Shown: piece by piece, positions 1 through 12,086 of the stretch | How positions within the stretch are numbered: position 1 is the first letter of the stretch | Layout of the letters: each line of letters begins with the position of its first letter | NCBI GenBank assembly: GCA_965287045.1 | Contig: OZ336890.1 | Location: 7,688,001 to 7,752,000, forward strand | Source of the DNA: Carcharhinus amblyrhynchos | Lineage: Eukaryota | Reading direction: 5' to 3' | DNA: 64,000 nucleotides | The notes under the pieces: model-generated | What the model saw: the letters and a program-made list of their open reading frames with translations, nothing else | The model's database searches: none | Told to the model about the DNA's origin: nothing | Position numbers and translations under genes: made by a program

Positions 1-889
1 TTAGCAAATCTTTTAAAATTAACATTGTTTTTTACATTGCAAAATTAACCATGCAAAATTAACAGACTGAGACTTTTGAGGCATATTGTTTTCTGTTGGC
101 TTTGTACGTACATGGTTTTGACTGTATTTTTACTGAAAAATTGTGATTATTAAACATATTATTAAGTTTTAAATCTCTGCAAGATTGCAAACCTTTCCAG
201 ACTGGCTGCAAGATTTGCCTCCCAATAGGATAGCTTTAGTGTGTCTGGTAAACAGGACGAGGTCTAGTCTGACCAGCTGACAACAATAGCAATGCAAAAA
301 GTCAGGTGTTAAGAATCCACGCACATCCATTGCAAAAAGAAGATCCATAGTAGACAGCCTTCACTAGCTGAACTGCTGCCAAATGGGAAATGAATCACTG
401 TCTTTGACTGGGACGAGTGCTATGCAAGAGCAGTTCAATATCTTAAGTATTCTGGCTCGCATACCACTAGAAATGATTAATAGTTTGTCAGATTTCCTTT
501 TTGCAAAAAAGGATGTGTTGCTATATTTTAATGTTGGGAACTTTTTTAATGTATATGCTTGAATTTCTGCTGGTTAACTTTTTGCCTGATAGTTGCCAGG
601 GATTGCTGGGTCCTGCGCGAAAGATTTTATTTTCCTCCATGAAGTTCAGTGATATAACCTTTGCAGTAAAGCATGTGAGAACATATTTGGCAAGTCTTCG
701 GATTTATTTTTGGTGAATTGAGGTTTTGGCTGTGTTTAGAACCCTGTTATGCAAACTTGTTGTGCATTTCATTATAATGGGTTTCTTTCTCTCCAGGCAT
801 TTTGAAAGCACAGTGTGGTGCTTGCCAGTGGGCTGTGCTACAAAGGGATAAAACGTGGAGACAAGTTTGCTCCTAGTGTGTAGAAAGCG

Positions 890-1210
890 CCATGGTCTAG
901 GTGATCCAGGTGAACATTTGGTAATTTTGTAGGGAGTAGCTGTTTCCCTTAGCTGAAGGGTCAGTCATAAGGGGACACAAGTTCAAGGTGAGGAGCAGGC
1001 AGTTAATGGGGATGTGAGGAAAAATCATTTTTTAACCCCAAGTGTGGTGACAGTCTGGAATGCTCTGCCTAGGCAGGTGGTGGAGGCCGGTTGCCTCATA
1101 TCCTTTCTAAAAAAAATTACCTGTATCAGTGCTTGACATGTCAGGTATTTCTCACATTGGTACAAACTCGATGGGCAAAGAGGCCTCTTCTCACTGTGTG
1201 ATGCTGTGAC
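890..1210 (+). mobile_element. Degraded CR1/HER1 LINE 3' end
   Basis: Decayed ORF2 C-terminus (RGHKFKVRSR...VWNALP) and a 3' stem gatgggcaaagaggcctcttc typical of CR1 tails. Confidence 0.7.
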
Positions 1211-2487
1211 AATGGATTGACTTGAGTATCTACATCATGGTGAAGATGAGTTCAATGGTTAAACATTTTGACTGAGGGCATAATTAATGTGAACAGGTTG
1301 AAAAGGGAGAAATACTGTAACAAATAGTCCAACATTTTAATAATGAGACTTGGGAAATGCTCCTGTGTTTGGGGCAGGTCACCATGAATTGGGATTCCCT
1401 ATTTCACTGTTTTCAGCCACCAAATGGGAACATTTTGAAGGTTTAGGGAAGCTCTCTTTTCTTCAATTACTAATTACACAAAAGCAAATCAATGACTTTT
1501 CACTGACCAATTATTTGTTTAAATATATTTAATTAAAAGTTTTACTTGAAATTATACAGCATACATGTATATAAAATTATTGAAAATCTAACTGTCCACC
1601 CGCTTGTCAAATCTGTCAGTCCACCACCACCTATCCTTCACGCTTGTCTCCATGGGTTCAAATGTATTTATCTTTTTGTTCCAAACCTTATTTCCAATAA
1701 TAAGTGATTGACTTACTGAAGAAATTGAAACTTGGCTGAAAGACATTACAAAGAAAAATATTTGTTGCAGTTTACCCTGTACCTTTTTTTTGCAAGCATG
1801 TTTTGCTGATGCTCATTATTAATCCATTGTTTTTTCATACCATTTTTGATGGTTCTGCATCACAGGTTAATTTCCTGTTTTTTTTCCTTGTGTTTTTTGC
1901 AAATTCTCTGCTATTTGAATTGTGATTTGTTGATGTTTTATGCATATAAAGTTTGAGTTGATGTTTATGTTGCAACAACTATCTGGTTCATGTAAATATT
2001 TTCAAGGTAATGTTTAATTCCAGGAAGATAATTGTTGTGAAGATGAGGAAACTAAAATGCTGGGATTTTGAAATGATTGGGACCCCTAAAAGAAAATGGC
2101 AATTCGCAAGGTTACCCTGTTTGTTTAACAGTCAGAGTAGAAGAGGATGGAGCCTTAAAACAGCAGATGGGATTACTTAGCTGGAAAACTGGAAGTGTGA
2201 TGTCTATACTGCTTGTTTTGAGAGGTAGAACCGAATTAGTGAACCCGGAAAGGCTATGTCATTATGGAGATGGGTGGAGCTTAAGAACATTCTCTGGGTT
2301 CATTTTATCTGTGCTGGTTGAGAGAGAGTTTGGTTGCAGTTTGGACCTCCTGTAATGCACAGCTGACAAAGAAGCCCTGAGAGCAGTGAGCACATTCTAG
2401 GCAGTTAGGGCTCAGATAAGCCCTGGAAGCCATTGATGGTTCAGTGCATTCAGAAGACTGGAGTTCAGAGAAACCTAGGGCAGTGCC

Positions 2488-2700
2488 AACATTGAGTTCA
2501 GCTATTTCAGAGCATGAACTCTCTCCACCGTCTCCATTTATTTTATTTCATTTCTTCTTTTTGTCTTATTCATTCTTTTTTATTTTCCTGCTTCTAAAAT
2601 CTCGCTTTTCATCTTGTTTCCACCCCCATCCCATTAGGGACAACTGCTGCATTCCTATGCTTTGCACCTTTGTTCTGCCATTCACGCATTCTGCTCCCCT
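2488..2700 (+). mobile_element. Penelope-like element fragment (ORF end plus pyrimidine-rich 3' region)
   Basis: acattgagttcagctatttcagagcatga reads (N)IEFSYFRA*, resembling a PLE GIY-YIG ORF terminus, followed by a T-rich tract. Confidence 0.45.
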
Positions 2701-2719
2701 CGGCATGTGGGATCGTTGA

Positions 2720-3360
2720 TTATGCTGGCTGCTTTTCCAAGGCAATGAGAAATGTGGACTGTGTCAGTGGATGGGAAGCTGGTTTGTGTGATGAGCTAGG
2801 CTTCGTTCGTGACACTTTGTAGTTTCTTGTGGTCTTGCACAGAGCAGAAGCCAAACCAAGCTGTGATCCAGAAAGAATGCATGTGTAAAAGTTGGTGAGA
2901 GTTGTAGCAAGCATGCCAAATTTCCTTAACCTCCTGATGAAGCAGAAGCTTTGGTGGGCTTAACAATAGCAACAGTATGGAGGGACAAGAACAGGTTGTT
3001 GGTGATGTGGACACCTAGAGACTTGAAGCTCTTGACCATTTTCACTTCACCCCTGTTGGTGTAGATGGGCATGTCCGCCACGATCTCATTCATTTTGCTG
3101 ACATTGAGTGAGAGATTATTGACGTCACACCAGGTCACCAGATTCTCTCTCTTTCCTGTACAGTGTCTCATCATTGTTTGTGATCTGACCCACTACAATA
3201 GTGTCATCAAACTTAAAAATCAAGCTGGAGGGGAATTTGGCCACACAATCATAAGGGCATATAAGGAGTATAGTAAGAGGCTGTGGGCACGGCTTTATGG
3301 TGCACCGGTGTTGAGGATGATCAGGGAGGAGTTATTGTGACCTGTGGCATGCTTGGTCAG
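2720..3360 (-). mobile_element. Rex1/Babar-type LINE RT C-terminal fragment
   Basis: Frameshifted peptides ENLVTWCDVNNLSLNVSK, VKSFKSLGVHITNNL, ATTLTNFY, ITAWFGFCSVQDHKKLQ. Confidence 0.8.
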
Positions 3361-3399
3361 TGGAGCTGAGTTTTTAAAGTTATTCATATATATTGAGGG

Positions 3400-4000
3400 T
3401 TGACTTGAGGAAAACTGTAAGCCACGGATAGATTATGAAAATTAAGAAATGGTCAACATTAATGTAATAGAAATGAAAGAGGATTCTGCTAATTCTAAAT
3501 TAAAGAACTCAAAAACAGTTCTAACATGGGTGCAGCAGCAGAGTACTGGGTGTATCTGTGTCTAAGTATTGAAGGTGGTAGTATAAATTGAAAGAGCATA
3601 CAGCATCCAAGGCTTTGTTAATGGGGACGTAGGGTATGAAAGCAAGGCGATCGTGTTAAACTTGTATCGAGCACTAATTTGACCTCAACTGAAGCATTGC
3701 CTCCATTTCTGACTGCCATGCTTCAGGAAAAAATACAAATGCATTAGAGACTACAAAAAAAATCATGAGCCTGGTCCCAGGGGTGAGAAACTTCAGTTAA
3801 ATAGCTTGAAGAAATTGGTACAGAACATCTTGGAGAAGTGAAGATTGAGGGAAGATTTGATAAAGGTATTCAAAACCACGAGGGGTCTCAACAGAGTAGA
3901 TGAGGACAAAATGTTCCCATTGGTGGAAGGATCGAGGAAAAAGCAGGCAGTGATTTAATTAGTTGGCAAAAGAAGCAATGGCAACATTTTTGATGCAATA
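3400..4000 (+). mobile_element. Old degraded CR1 LINE fragment
   Basis: Decayed KAYSI..F..RG..YES and LYRALI.PQLKHCL segments homologous to younger CR1 copies in the window. Confidence 0.65.
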
Positions 4001-4191
4001 AAAGTGAAATGTGTTGCTTAAGATTGAATTTATCTTTACCACAATTGAGGCACTAAAGTGACTAGATGGCCAACGCAGGTAGGATATTCCTGATGGTGGT
4101 GGGAGACCAGAAGCTGGAGTCACTGTTGAAGGATACAGGGTGAACCATTTAGAACTGAGATGAAGAGAAATTTCTTCACTTAGAGAGTGGT

Positions 4192-5382
4192 ATTCAACAA
4201 AACAAAAGAGATTTGTCGTTGACTTCAGGAAGCGTAGTGGAAAACATGCCCCCGTCTACATCAATGGAAACAAAGTAGAAATGGTCGAAAACTTCAAGTT
4301 CTCAGGTGTCCAGATATCATCAATTTGTCCTGGTCTTCTCGCCCGCCCACCCACCCCCGTGCCGACACTATAGTTAAGAAAGCCCACCAATGCCTCCTAC
4401 TTTGTTAGAAGACTAAGGAAATTTGGCATGTCCACTATGACCCTCACCAACTTTTACTGATGCACCATAGAAAGCATTCTTCCTGGTGAGATCACAGCTT
4501 GGTATGGCTCCTACTCTGCCCAAGACTGCAAGAAACAACAAAACGTAGAATCAGAGGTTTACAGGACGGAAACAGGCCCGTCAGCCCAACTTGTCCATGC
4601 CACCTTATTTTTAAAACCCCTAAGCTAGTCTCAGGTGCCTGTGTTTGGCCCATATCCCTCTATAACCATCTCACCCATGTAACTGTTTAAGTGGTTTTTA
4701 AAAGACAAAATTGTAACTGCCTCTACTACTACCTCTGGCAGCTTGTGCTAGACACTCACCATCCTGTGTGTGGAAGAATCGCCCCTCTGGACCCTTTTGT
4801 ATATCTCCCCTCTCACCTTAAACTATGCCTTCTAGTTTTAGACTCCCCTACCTTTGAAAAAAGATACTAACCATCAAGCTGATCTATGCCCCTCATTATT
4901 TTGTAGACCTCTATAGGATCATCCCTAACTCCCTATGCTCCAGGAAAAAAGTCTGTCTATCCAGCCTCTCCTTATAACTCAAACTGTCAAGACCGTGTAG
5001 CATCCTAGAAAATTGGGTGCAAAAACAAGGCTTTCATACAAACATTACACCCATTTTACTGCCCCTTGAGCTGTTTTCAAAACGTGCTGTTTTCTATCTA
5101 TCCATATTACCTGCCTCATATTTATTCTGTTGCTGAAATATAAATAAAAAACAAATCCAAGGTTATGAATGTAGCCCAATCCATCACACAAACCAGCCTC
5201 CCATCCATTGACTTTCTCTACACTTCCCACAATCTTGGCAAAGCAGCTAATATAATTAAGGACACCACACACCCTGGACATGCTCTTCTATCATCTTCTG
5301 TCATGAAAAAGATTTGTCTTAGTGCATGAGAAACAATACTTTTCGCTGTGTACTAATACATGTGACAATAAATCAAATCAAA
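4192..5382 (+). mobile_element. Rex1/Babar-type LINE 3' fragment, split by a CR1 insertion and itself inside an older CR1 tail (4095-4190, 5385-5595)
   Basis: VVDFRK..PVYING..VEMVENFKFSGV..KKAHQCL at 4200-4545, resuming at about 5160 and ending in atgtgacaataaatcaaatcaaa. Confidence 0.8.
4546..5010 (-). mobile_element. CR1 LINE 3' end nested in Rex1/Babar element
   Basis: Starts with tail tagaatcagaggtttacagg...aacaggcccgtcagccc, followed by the reverse-strand CR1 ORF2 C-terminus. Confidence 0.75.
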
Positions 5383-7584
5383 GGAATTCATTACTATAGA
5401 AAACAATTGAGATCAAAACATTTTATTTTTTCAAGAAGGGATTAAATATAACTCTTGGGGTGGAAGGGATTAAAGAATATGGGGGGAGGCGGGGGGAGAG
5501 CAGGGATGTTACTAAATTGGATGATCATCCATGATCAGTATGAAAGGCAGAGCATGTTCAGAGGGCCAAATGGCCTATTCCAGTCCCTATTTTCAGTCTT
5601 TTACTCTTAAAAGACCTGGCTGTGATTTTTGGGTTCTGCCTCCTTGATCTAGATATCCCCAGCCAATGGAAATATTTTCTCATTCATTGCTGGATTGCTT
5701 TTCAATATTTTGAAAACTTTGCATCACCTCTTAATCTTCATTTCTGTGAGTTTTAATTCCTGTGAATTTTAATTCCTGTGAATACAATCCTAGTTTGTGG
5801 AATTTGTCATCACAATTTAACCCTTGGAGGCCAATTATGATTCTATGCAGCATTCCCCCAAGACCAAAATATCCTCCTTATGGTGTGGTACCCAAAACAG
5901 CAGCTGTAGCCTAATGAAGGTTTGTACAGCTATAGTATGGCATCTACTCGTTGTATTCTAGCCCTCCGAATATAATGCTCTGTTTTAATAAACATAGGGT
6001 CTCCCATTGATAATGGAAATAAAGGAGGAATTTCTCATCAGCTCAATAGTCTTTTGAATTGGCTGGGTAATTGAATCTTCAAGTATAAGTTGGACAGATT
6101 TTTTATAGACAAGGAGTCCAGAGTTGTGGTAAGCATGTTTTAAAAAAAATATAAATCAGATCAGCTATTATATCTAAGGATGGAGGGGGCTACGTGGAAT
6201 GAATGTCCTATCTAACAAATGTTCTGCTGATTTTCTGTACCTGCCTGATAGTTTAATTAATGGATATAGACTAGTAAGTAAGCCATATGGATCTTTACTG
6301 CTTCTCACTTTACATTCTTTAAAAAGTACCACCTTCTATCTATTTTGGTAATGTTCTGTTTATGGCAACATGCTATATTTGGAATGTGATATTTATTCCA
6401 TTAATAAAGCCTCCTGCCGATAAATACTCTGGAAATTTTTGTGTCTCATATCCCGCTACGGCTGCCAGCGAGAACAGAGCATTTGGTGCTCTGCCAAATC
6501 TCCGTTCACAGCAGCGGGACTGGATAATTCTAGCTGTGGGCGAGATCAGACTTCTGGCCTTTGCTTCATATTGCTCACAATAATTGTCTCAATATGCAAA
6601 AAACAAGGAGGAAGAAACATTACATTTTTTTATCGATGAGTGTTAAGTAACACTTACAGGAACAAGAAGCCCTAACGGGTATTAAAAATATTCCTTTTCC
6701 ACTGTTTTGACTCAGCAAAAAAACCATGATGGGTCCCTCTTCATATCCTCAGACAGTTGATTCAGGGCATTTGCACATATATCTGAGAGACCCCCTTTCC
6801 TTCATGAAGACTAAACTTTGATCAGCCTGGATGACTATCCAAAAGCACCTGAAACGTGGAAAATGTGCAGGATTCCTCATGCTTTCAAGCTTGGATGTTT
6901 CCAGTTCAGCATCCAGATGAGTTGAGACTGCAAGTGTTAGTGAATCAGGCCATTCTATCATGTATATCGGCCACAGCTGTAACTTGGGCAAAAGGAAACC
7001 TGAAATAACAGGTTACCTTTGGAGGTAAAGAACTTGCCATCTTCTGCAAGCATTGTGGCAAGCCTGTGGTTAAAAAGTAAATGTAAATTAGATGGGCAGG
7101 TATCGAAAGTAATTCCCTTGGATATTGATTCCTTTGTAAAGACAGATGATTTGCGTTATTCCCTGAAGGAGAATACTTTGAGATACTGGTGCAGTTCCGT
7201 GGTGTACAAAAAAAAATGGCATATTCAATGGAATTGTTGCTTCCTCATATGAAATATTTCCTATTTTTTTTTGTTCTTCCGGTATTCATGTTAACAAAAA
7301 CTTTTACATTGCTGGATAGACCAAGGGATTAAGCACCATGCCCAGCTTAGTGGTGCAGAAAACAATTTGATTGCACTTCATTTGTTTCCTTGGAAAGTTT
7401 GAAGCATGAACCTTTTGAGTCCTTCTGTTGACATTCCTGATTGCTTCTAATTATAGATTGTGAAGAACATCTATAATTTGTAAATTTGTAGCAGCTTTTT
7501 AGAAAAGAACGTATTTATATTTGAAGGTGGGTATCCTAACGTCTCCAATTCTATCTAAGCAAGAGAATGTTCTGAGCATTCTTT

Positions 7585-7740
7585 TTAGTCATTCGTGGAA
7601 TGTGAGTGCTGCTGGCAAGGCCAGCATTTATTTCCATTCTCTAATTGTACTTGAATAGTGGTGAGCTGCCTTCTTAAACTGCTACGGTCCATGTGGTGTA
7701 TGTGTACCCACAGTTTCCTTAGGAAAGGAGTTCTAGATTT
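7585..7740 (-). mobile_element. 3' end of the tRNA-headed LINE family
   Basis: attcgtggaatgtgagtgctgctggcaaggccagcattta is the reverse complement of the tail seen at 12920-12972 and 29920-29970. Confidence 0.65.
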
Positions 7741-7914
7741 GCGCTCATAACTATTCTAATTTTCACCAATTTGCATCTGAGTTTTGTATTGTAGCAACCA
7801 TTTGTTTCTTGATTGATTCCATGATTTTTGTTTGCACTAGTGTGTCAGGAAGCATTTTTTTGCTAAGACTTCCAGACCTCAATATTTGCTAGTTTGAACT
7901 TAATTCTAGATATT

Positions 7915-8325
7915 GACTGTGGCTTAGTGGCCAGAAGGTTGTGCCTTTCTTCAAAGACTTGATGTATAATCTAAAATGGTACTTCAGTATGGTAGGAAGT
8001 TCTGCATTGTTGAAAAATGCCCATTTTTGAATGAAATGTTAAACCAAAACTCTGCCTCTGAAATGGATATAAAAGATCCCACGTGACTATTCATTGAAGA
8101 CCAATAATGTCCCTACTCCCCACCCCTGTTTCCTGGTCAATATTAGGTTTTTAACCAAACACAAACAGCCTAATTGATCTTTTATCCCATTGCTGTTGTG
8201 GGACTTTACTACCATATAATGTGTTTCTACACAAAACAATGACTCAAATAATTTTAGTTGTTGTAAAGTGCTTTGCAACATCCTGAAGTTGTGAAAGGCA
8301 CTATATAAATGCAAGCTGTATTTTT
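7915..8325 (+). mobile_element. Deu-domain SINE (SacSINE1-like)
   Basis: Deu core (aatgaaatgttaaacc...tggatataaaagatccca...gaaga) and tail ctttgcaacatcctgaagttgtgaaaggcactatataaatgcaag. Confidence 0.75.
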
Positions 8326-8559
8326 TCTCTTGTTCTATCTTACTCGTGTGGTTAAGTAAAGAAGACGAATTTAGAAGCTTGGGTAAAATTGTATTTATTT
8401 TATTTTGGTGTTCAAGGAAACTTCATTAAGCTTACTTGTGGATTGGTGCAGGTTCATGAAATTATGGAGCGATTAAGGATATGTTTCATTAGATCATTGG
8501 ATATTTATATGTATAATTATACACTTTATGGGTGTGGTCATTCCCATACATTGTTTATA

Positions 8560-8950
8560 GAATCATTGCGCATCATGACTTGAAAAATTCTCATTGTTCT
8601 CAAATTCCTCCATGACTATGCTCCTCTCTATATTTGTCATCTCGTACAGTTTTATGGTTCTCCAAGATATCCCAGATCCTCTAATTCTGGCTTCTTGAGC
8701 ATTCTCAGTTGTAATTGCTCCATCACTGCTGTCTGAAGGCATAGCCTCCAACACCGTAAGCTTGGGAATTCCCTCTAAACCTTTCCAGGTCCCACCGTCA
8801 CATTCCCCCTCAAGGTGCTCCTTTAAAACTCTGCTCCTTGACCCAAGCTTTTACCATCTAATATGGTTCGGTGTCAATTTTTGTTTGATGCTCCTGTGAA
8901 ACTAGGTTGGATATTTTATTAGTTAAGTGTTGAATAAACACAAGTTGACT
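8560..8950 (+). mobile_element. Old L2-type LINE 3' end
   Basis: Decayed (F)KILIVLKFLHDYA.LYIC motif and tail ctcctgtgaaac..ttggatatttta..gttaagtg..taaacacaagttg. A related copy lies at about 13320-13770. Confidence 0.55.
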
Positions 8951-9382
8951 GAATAGTGCAACAAAGAGGAATGTATCACCATGTAATATATTTCAAATTA
9001 TATTGGATGAAAGAACTGATTATAGAAGCTGCTGATAATTATCTTTGATGCACGTGCTTCTGGGCTGCTTGGAACCTTTGACACTACCATTTTTATTCTG
9101 GTCTTTGCTAGTTTGAAATTGGGCTAACCTCAGACCAGCATAATAGTTGACATCACTGAACTTGCTGAAGGCAGTGATTTATGGTAAGGCCTCGTGTTGC
9201 AGTGACCCATGATGATTCAAAATTTTGCCTCTAATGCATATTGTAATTTGTGTGACTACTGAGTTGCAAATTTGATGGTGGAATCTCTCTATCTTCGTTT
9301 TACATTAGCTACAAAAGGATGGGACTGCAACAAAACTTAGTAATTCAAAAATCCTCCTATGTATATGTATTGTATTATACAA

Positions 9383-9620
9383 TAAGAATTTAAGAAATAG
9401 GAGCCAGTGACCCCTTCAAGCCTATTCTACCATTCAATAAAAGCGTGGAGAATTCTGTACCGCAAACCCGCTTTCCTGTCCTATCCTCTCATCCTCTGAT
9501 TCCTTTGGAGCCCAAAAATCTGTTGATCTCAGCCTTGAATATGCGCAATGACTGAGCATCCATAGATTACTGGGGAAGAGAATCTCAAAGATTCTTAGCC
9601 CCAGAAGAAATGTCTTCTCA
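9383..9620 (-). mobile_element. CR1 LINE 3' tail
   Basis: taagaatttaagaaataggag...cccttcaagcctattctaccattcaataa, homologous to the tail of the young CR1 copies. Confidence 0.7.
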
Positions 9621-9654
9621 CTTCGAGCTTCGAGTTCTCACCCCCTCCCCCAAA

Positions 9655-9790
9655 GAAACTTTGCATATTTTAATTTAAACTTTTCATAGTATAGGATGTC
9701 CTGAAGCACTTTAAAACCAATGAAGTACTTGTGAAGTACAGTCATGGTTGTTGTGTATAGCAAGTTCTATCAAACAGCAATCTGACAAGT
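9655..9790 (-). mobile_element. Deu-domain SINE 3' fragment
   Basis: Reverse complement of the 8200-8325 tail (ttgcata...ggatgtcctgaagcacttta..ccaatgaagtactt). Confidence 0.6.
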
Positions 9791-10261
9791 TTAGCAAAAT
9801 GTTTGGAATGGGATAATTGCAATTAAGGAGGAACAAGAAAGGAGAGTTCTATGTAATATAAGGTTTGATAGGTATGTAACATATTGCTGTCACTTATTTT
9901 CAAAATTATTTTCATTTCTGTAGGAACGGAGACAGAAATGCTCTAATTACTGGTGAATTAAAATGTCTAAGGTGATTGTGGGGGCAGTCCAATGGCTTGC
10001 TGTCAGCTGACGAGACTGTTCAGCCCATCTAGCTTGTTCTTCTAGAGAAATTTATAAATCTTCTCCTGCCCCAATCATTTTGTTTGTCTGCCTGCCTCAA
10101 GTGTTCCTGGCTGGAAGAGGTGCAGAAAAGCTATTGGAATTTTCACTCTTAGCTTTCCAGCCATCCCTTTTTGAATAACACTGTTGTGATTGCTCCCACA
10201 GTCAAACAAATTTAAAAAACAAACAGCAGCCTGTTTGGATGTGAACCATTTTTGACATGTT

Positions 10262-10340
10262 TAAGTTTAAAATTTATTTATTAGTCGTAAGTATGGCTTA
10301 CATTAACATTGCAATGAAGATACTGTGAAATTCCCCTAGG
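10262..10340 (-). mobile_element. 5'-truncated V-SINE (alternative-tail type), tail only
   Basis: tttatttattagtcg..ggcttacattaacattgcaatgaagatactgtgaaattcccctag matches the tails at 30690 and 34680. Confidence 0.7.
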
Positions 10341-12086
10341 AATTCCGAACAAAAAAATTTCCTGGATAAAAGGTTAAGAGTTTTTTTTAATTGTTCATTT
10401 CCCACCCCACCCTGAATGTAGGACCAATGCTAAAAAAAAGTTCTAATATTACTTACCTAAAGCAGTGTGTATTTCAGTTCCTCATTTCCATTATTGGCTG
10501 TATTAACTGGTGTACAGACTTGTTGTCCAGATCATGATAAATGTTCTTTTGAATGTTGGCAAGCTACAGTGTTGAAAATACTTTTACCAGATGTAAAATA
10601 CTGTGTAATAATGATCCATTCCTTCTAATTAACAATTACATAAACCAAGCATTCCAATGTGTTCTGTTGCAAGTTTTTAAATGGGTGTGGAAATCATTTG
10701 TCTTCACTGTTGAATGAAGAATATTTTGGCTGCTTATTTTGTATTTCAGCCTTTCACTGACTTTATTGCAGCTGTAAGAGTCATAATATGCAGTCCCTGT
10801 AAGTAAATTGATATGAAATGGCATTCAGCCATCAAGGGAAAAAGTTTAGGAAATGCAAAAACATAAAACTGTAGTCCAGGGAACCGTACAGCATTTTAAT
10901 TCTGGCATGATGTAACATATTGAGAGGAATTGGGAGGGAGAAATGAGGAAGTGGGAGGGAGAAAAAAGGAAGTGCTTTGTTTACTGTAGAACAATGATGT
11001 GAAAAATGCAACATGGTGTTAAACAGTAGTCTAGACATGGAAAATGCAAGCAGACTCCAGTTTGATATGTCTCGTAGTCACATAGGCTACATTAACAGAG
11101 ACAACTGGACTCAGCGCCAGATCATGATAATCCATGCTGTTTTTTTCCCAGGAAAAGAAAACAAAATATTCCCTCATTTATTTTGTTTAAAGTAGCCATG
11201 TAGTCTTTACTGCAAATTAAGCGCCCCTCTTTTAGGGAAATGAACAGTGGGTGTCCGTAACAGTTACTGGTGCTGATATTAAATGTGTATTCATGACATG
11301 GGATAACTTGGAGGCTCCCAACCACCATTTTCAAAATAGCCAACAGTGATGTTTGCTCTCGGGTCTTGGTTTGTTAATAGCTGTTTCTATTTTCTGTTTC
11401 CTGTAAAGTATATTGTATGTTATCCTCATTCTGCAGCCAGTGTTATAGCTCATAATTTCAGATGCTCGATGCAGCTTGGAACATGTTAGAAACATGGAAT
11501 AATGAGAGGAGATCAATCAAATTTCCTCCACAAGATAACCAAGAAACTCTCCCTCCCACTTACCCACACCCTTTTGTGTACAGGTCAGAGCACACTGTAG
11601 CTAAGGATTAATAGCTGGGTTTATCATGATAGATATGAACAGTTTGGCATCCCCAAACCACCACTGAGCTATCTTTTGTTTTCTTGTTTGTCTTGAGCAG
11701 CTGGGATTGTGTACTTGATTGCTTTTGATCAAATGCATTATTGTTGCTCAGAGACGTGAAAATCTGACAGAGTTCCCAACTACGTATGCTTGAGAGTCAC
11801 TGAAACAGCCTTCATCTTGTATGTTTTGCACCTTGTTAAAAAAAAATTTACTCCAGTCTTAAAGTTACAAAGCTAATGCTCAGAATGGACTGGGCAAACC
11901 CAAATCCATTCTATGCTTGCTCCAAAAAACAAATTCAAAATCACATTGAATTCAATTCAAGACCCCCATAAGAGAGACTGACAAGGTAAGGCATTAGCAT
12001 CCCATCTTGGACTCGATTTGACCCTCGATCTTAGCCATAAGTTACGAATCTACAATTCTGTTGACCTTGGATAATTAGTTGCAGAT

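Noticed and set aside
240-280. GTCT cluster with GTAAACA as a Smad/Fox site
   Set aside because: Short motifs at chance frequency with no independent support.
780-920. Possible cryptic exon after a strong acceptor (tttctctccag at 796)
   Set aside because: No convincing donor and no SMURF-like or otherwise recognisable peptide.
5745-5783. 17-bp tandem duplication (ctgtga.ttttaattc)
   Set aside because: Ordinary slippage duplication inside a decayed CR1 fragment.
9900-9980. Possible small exon after tttcatttctgtag
   Set aside because: Weak donor (gtgatt) and no recognisable coding similarity.
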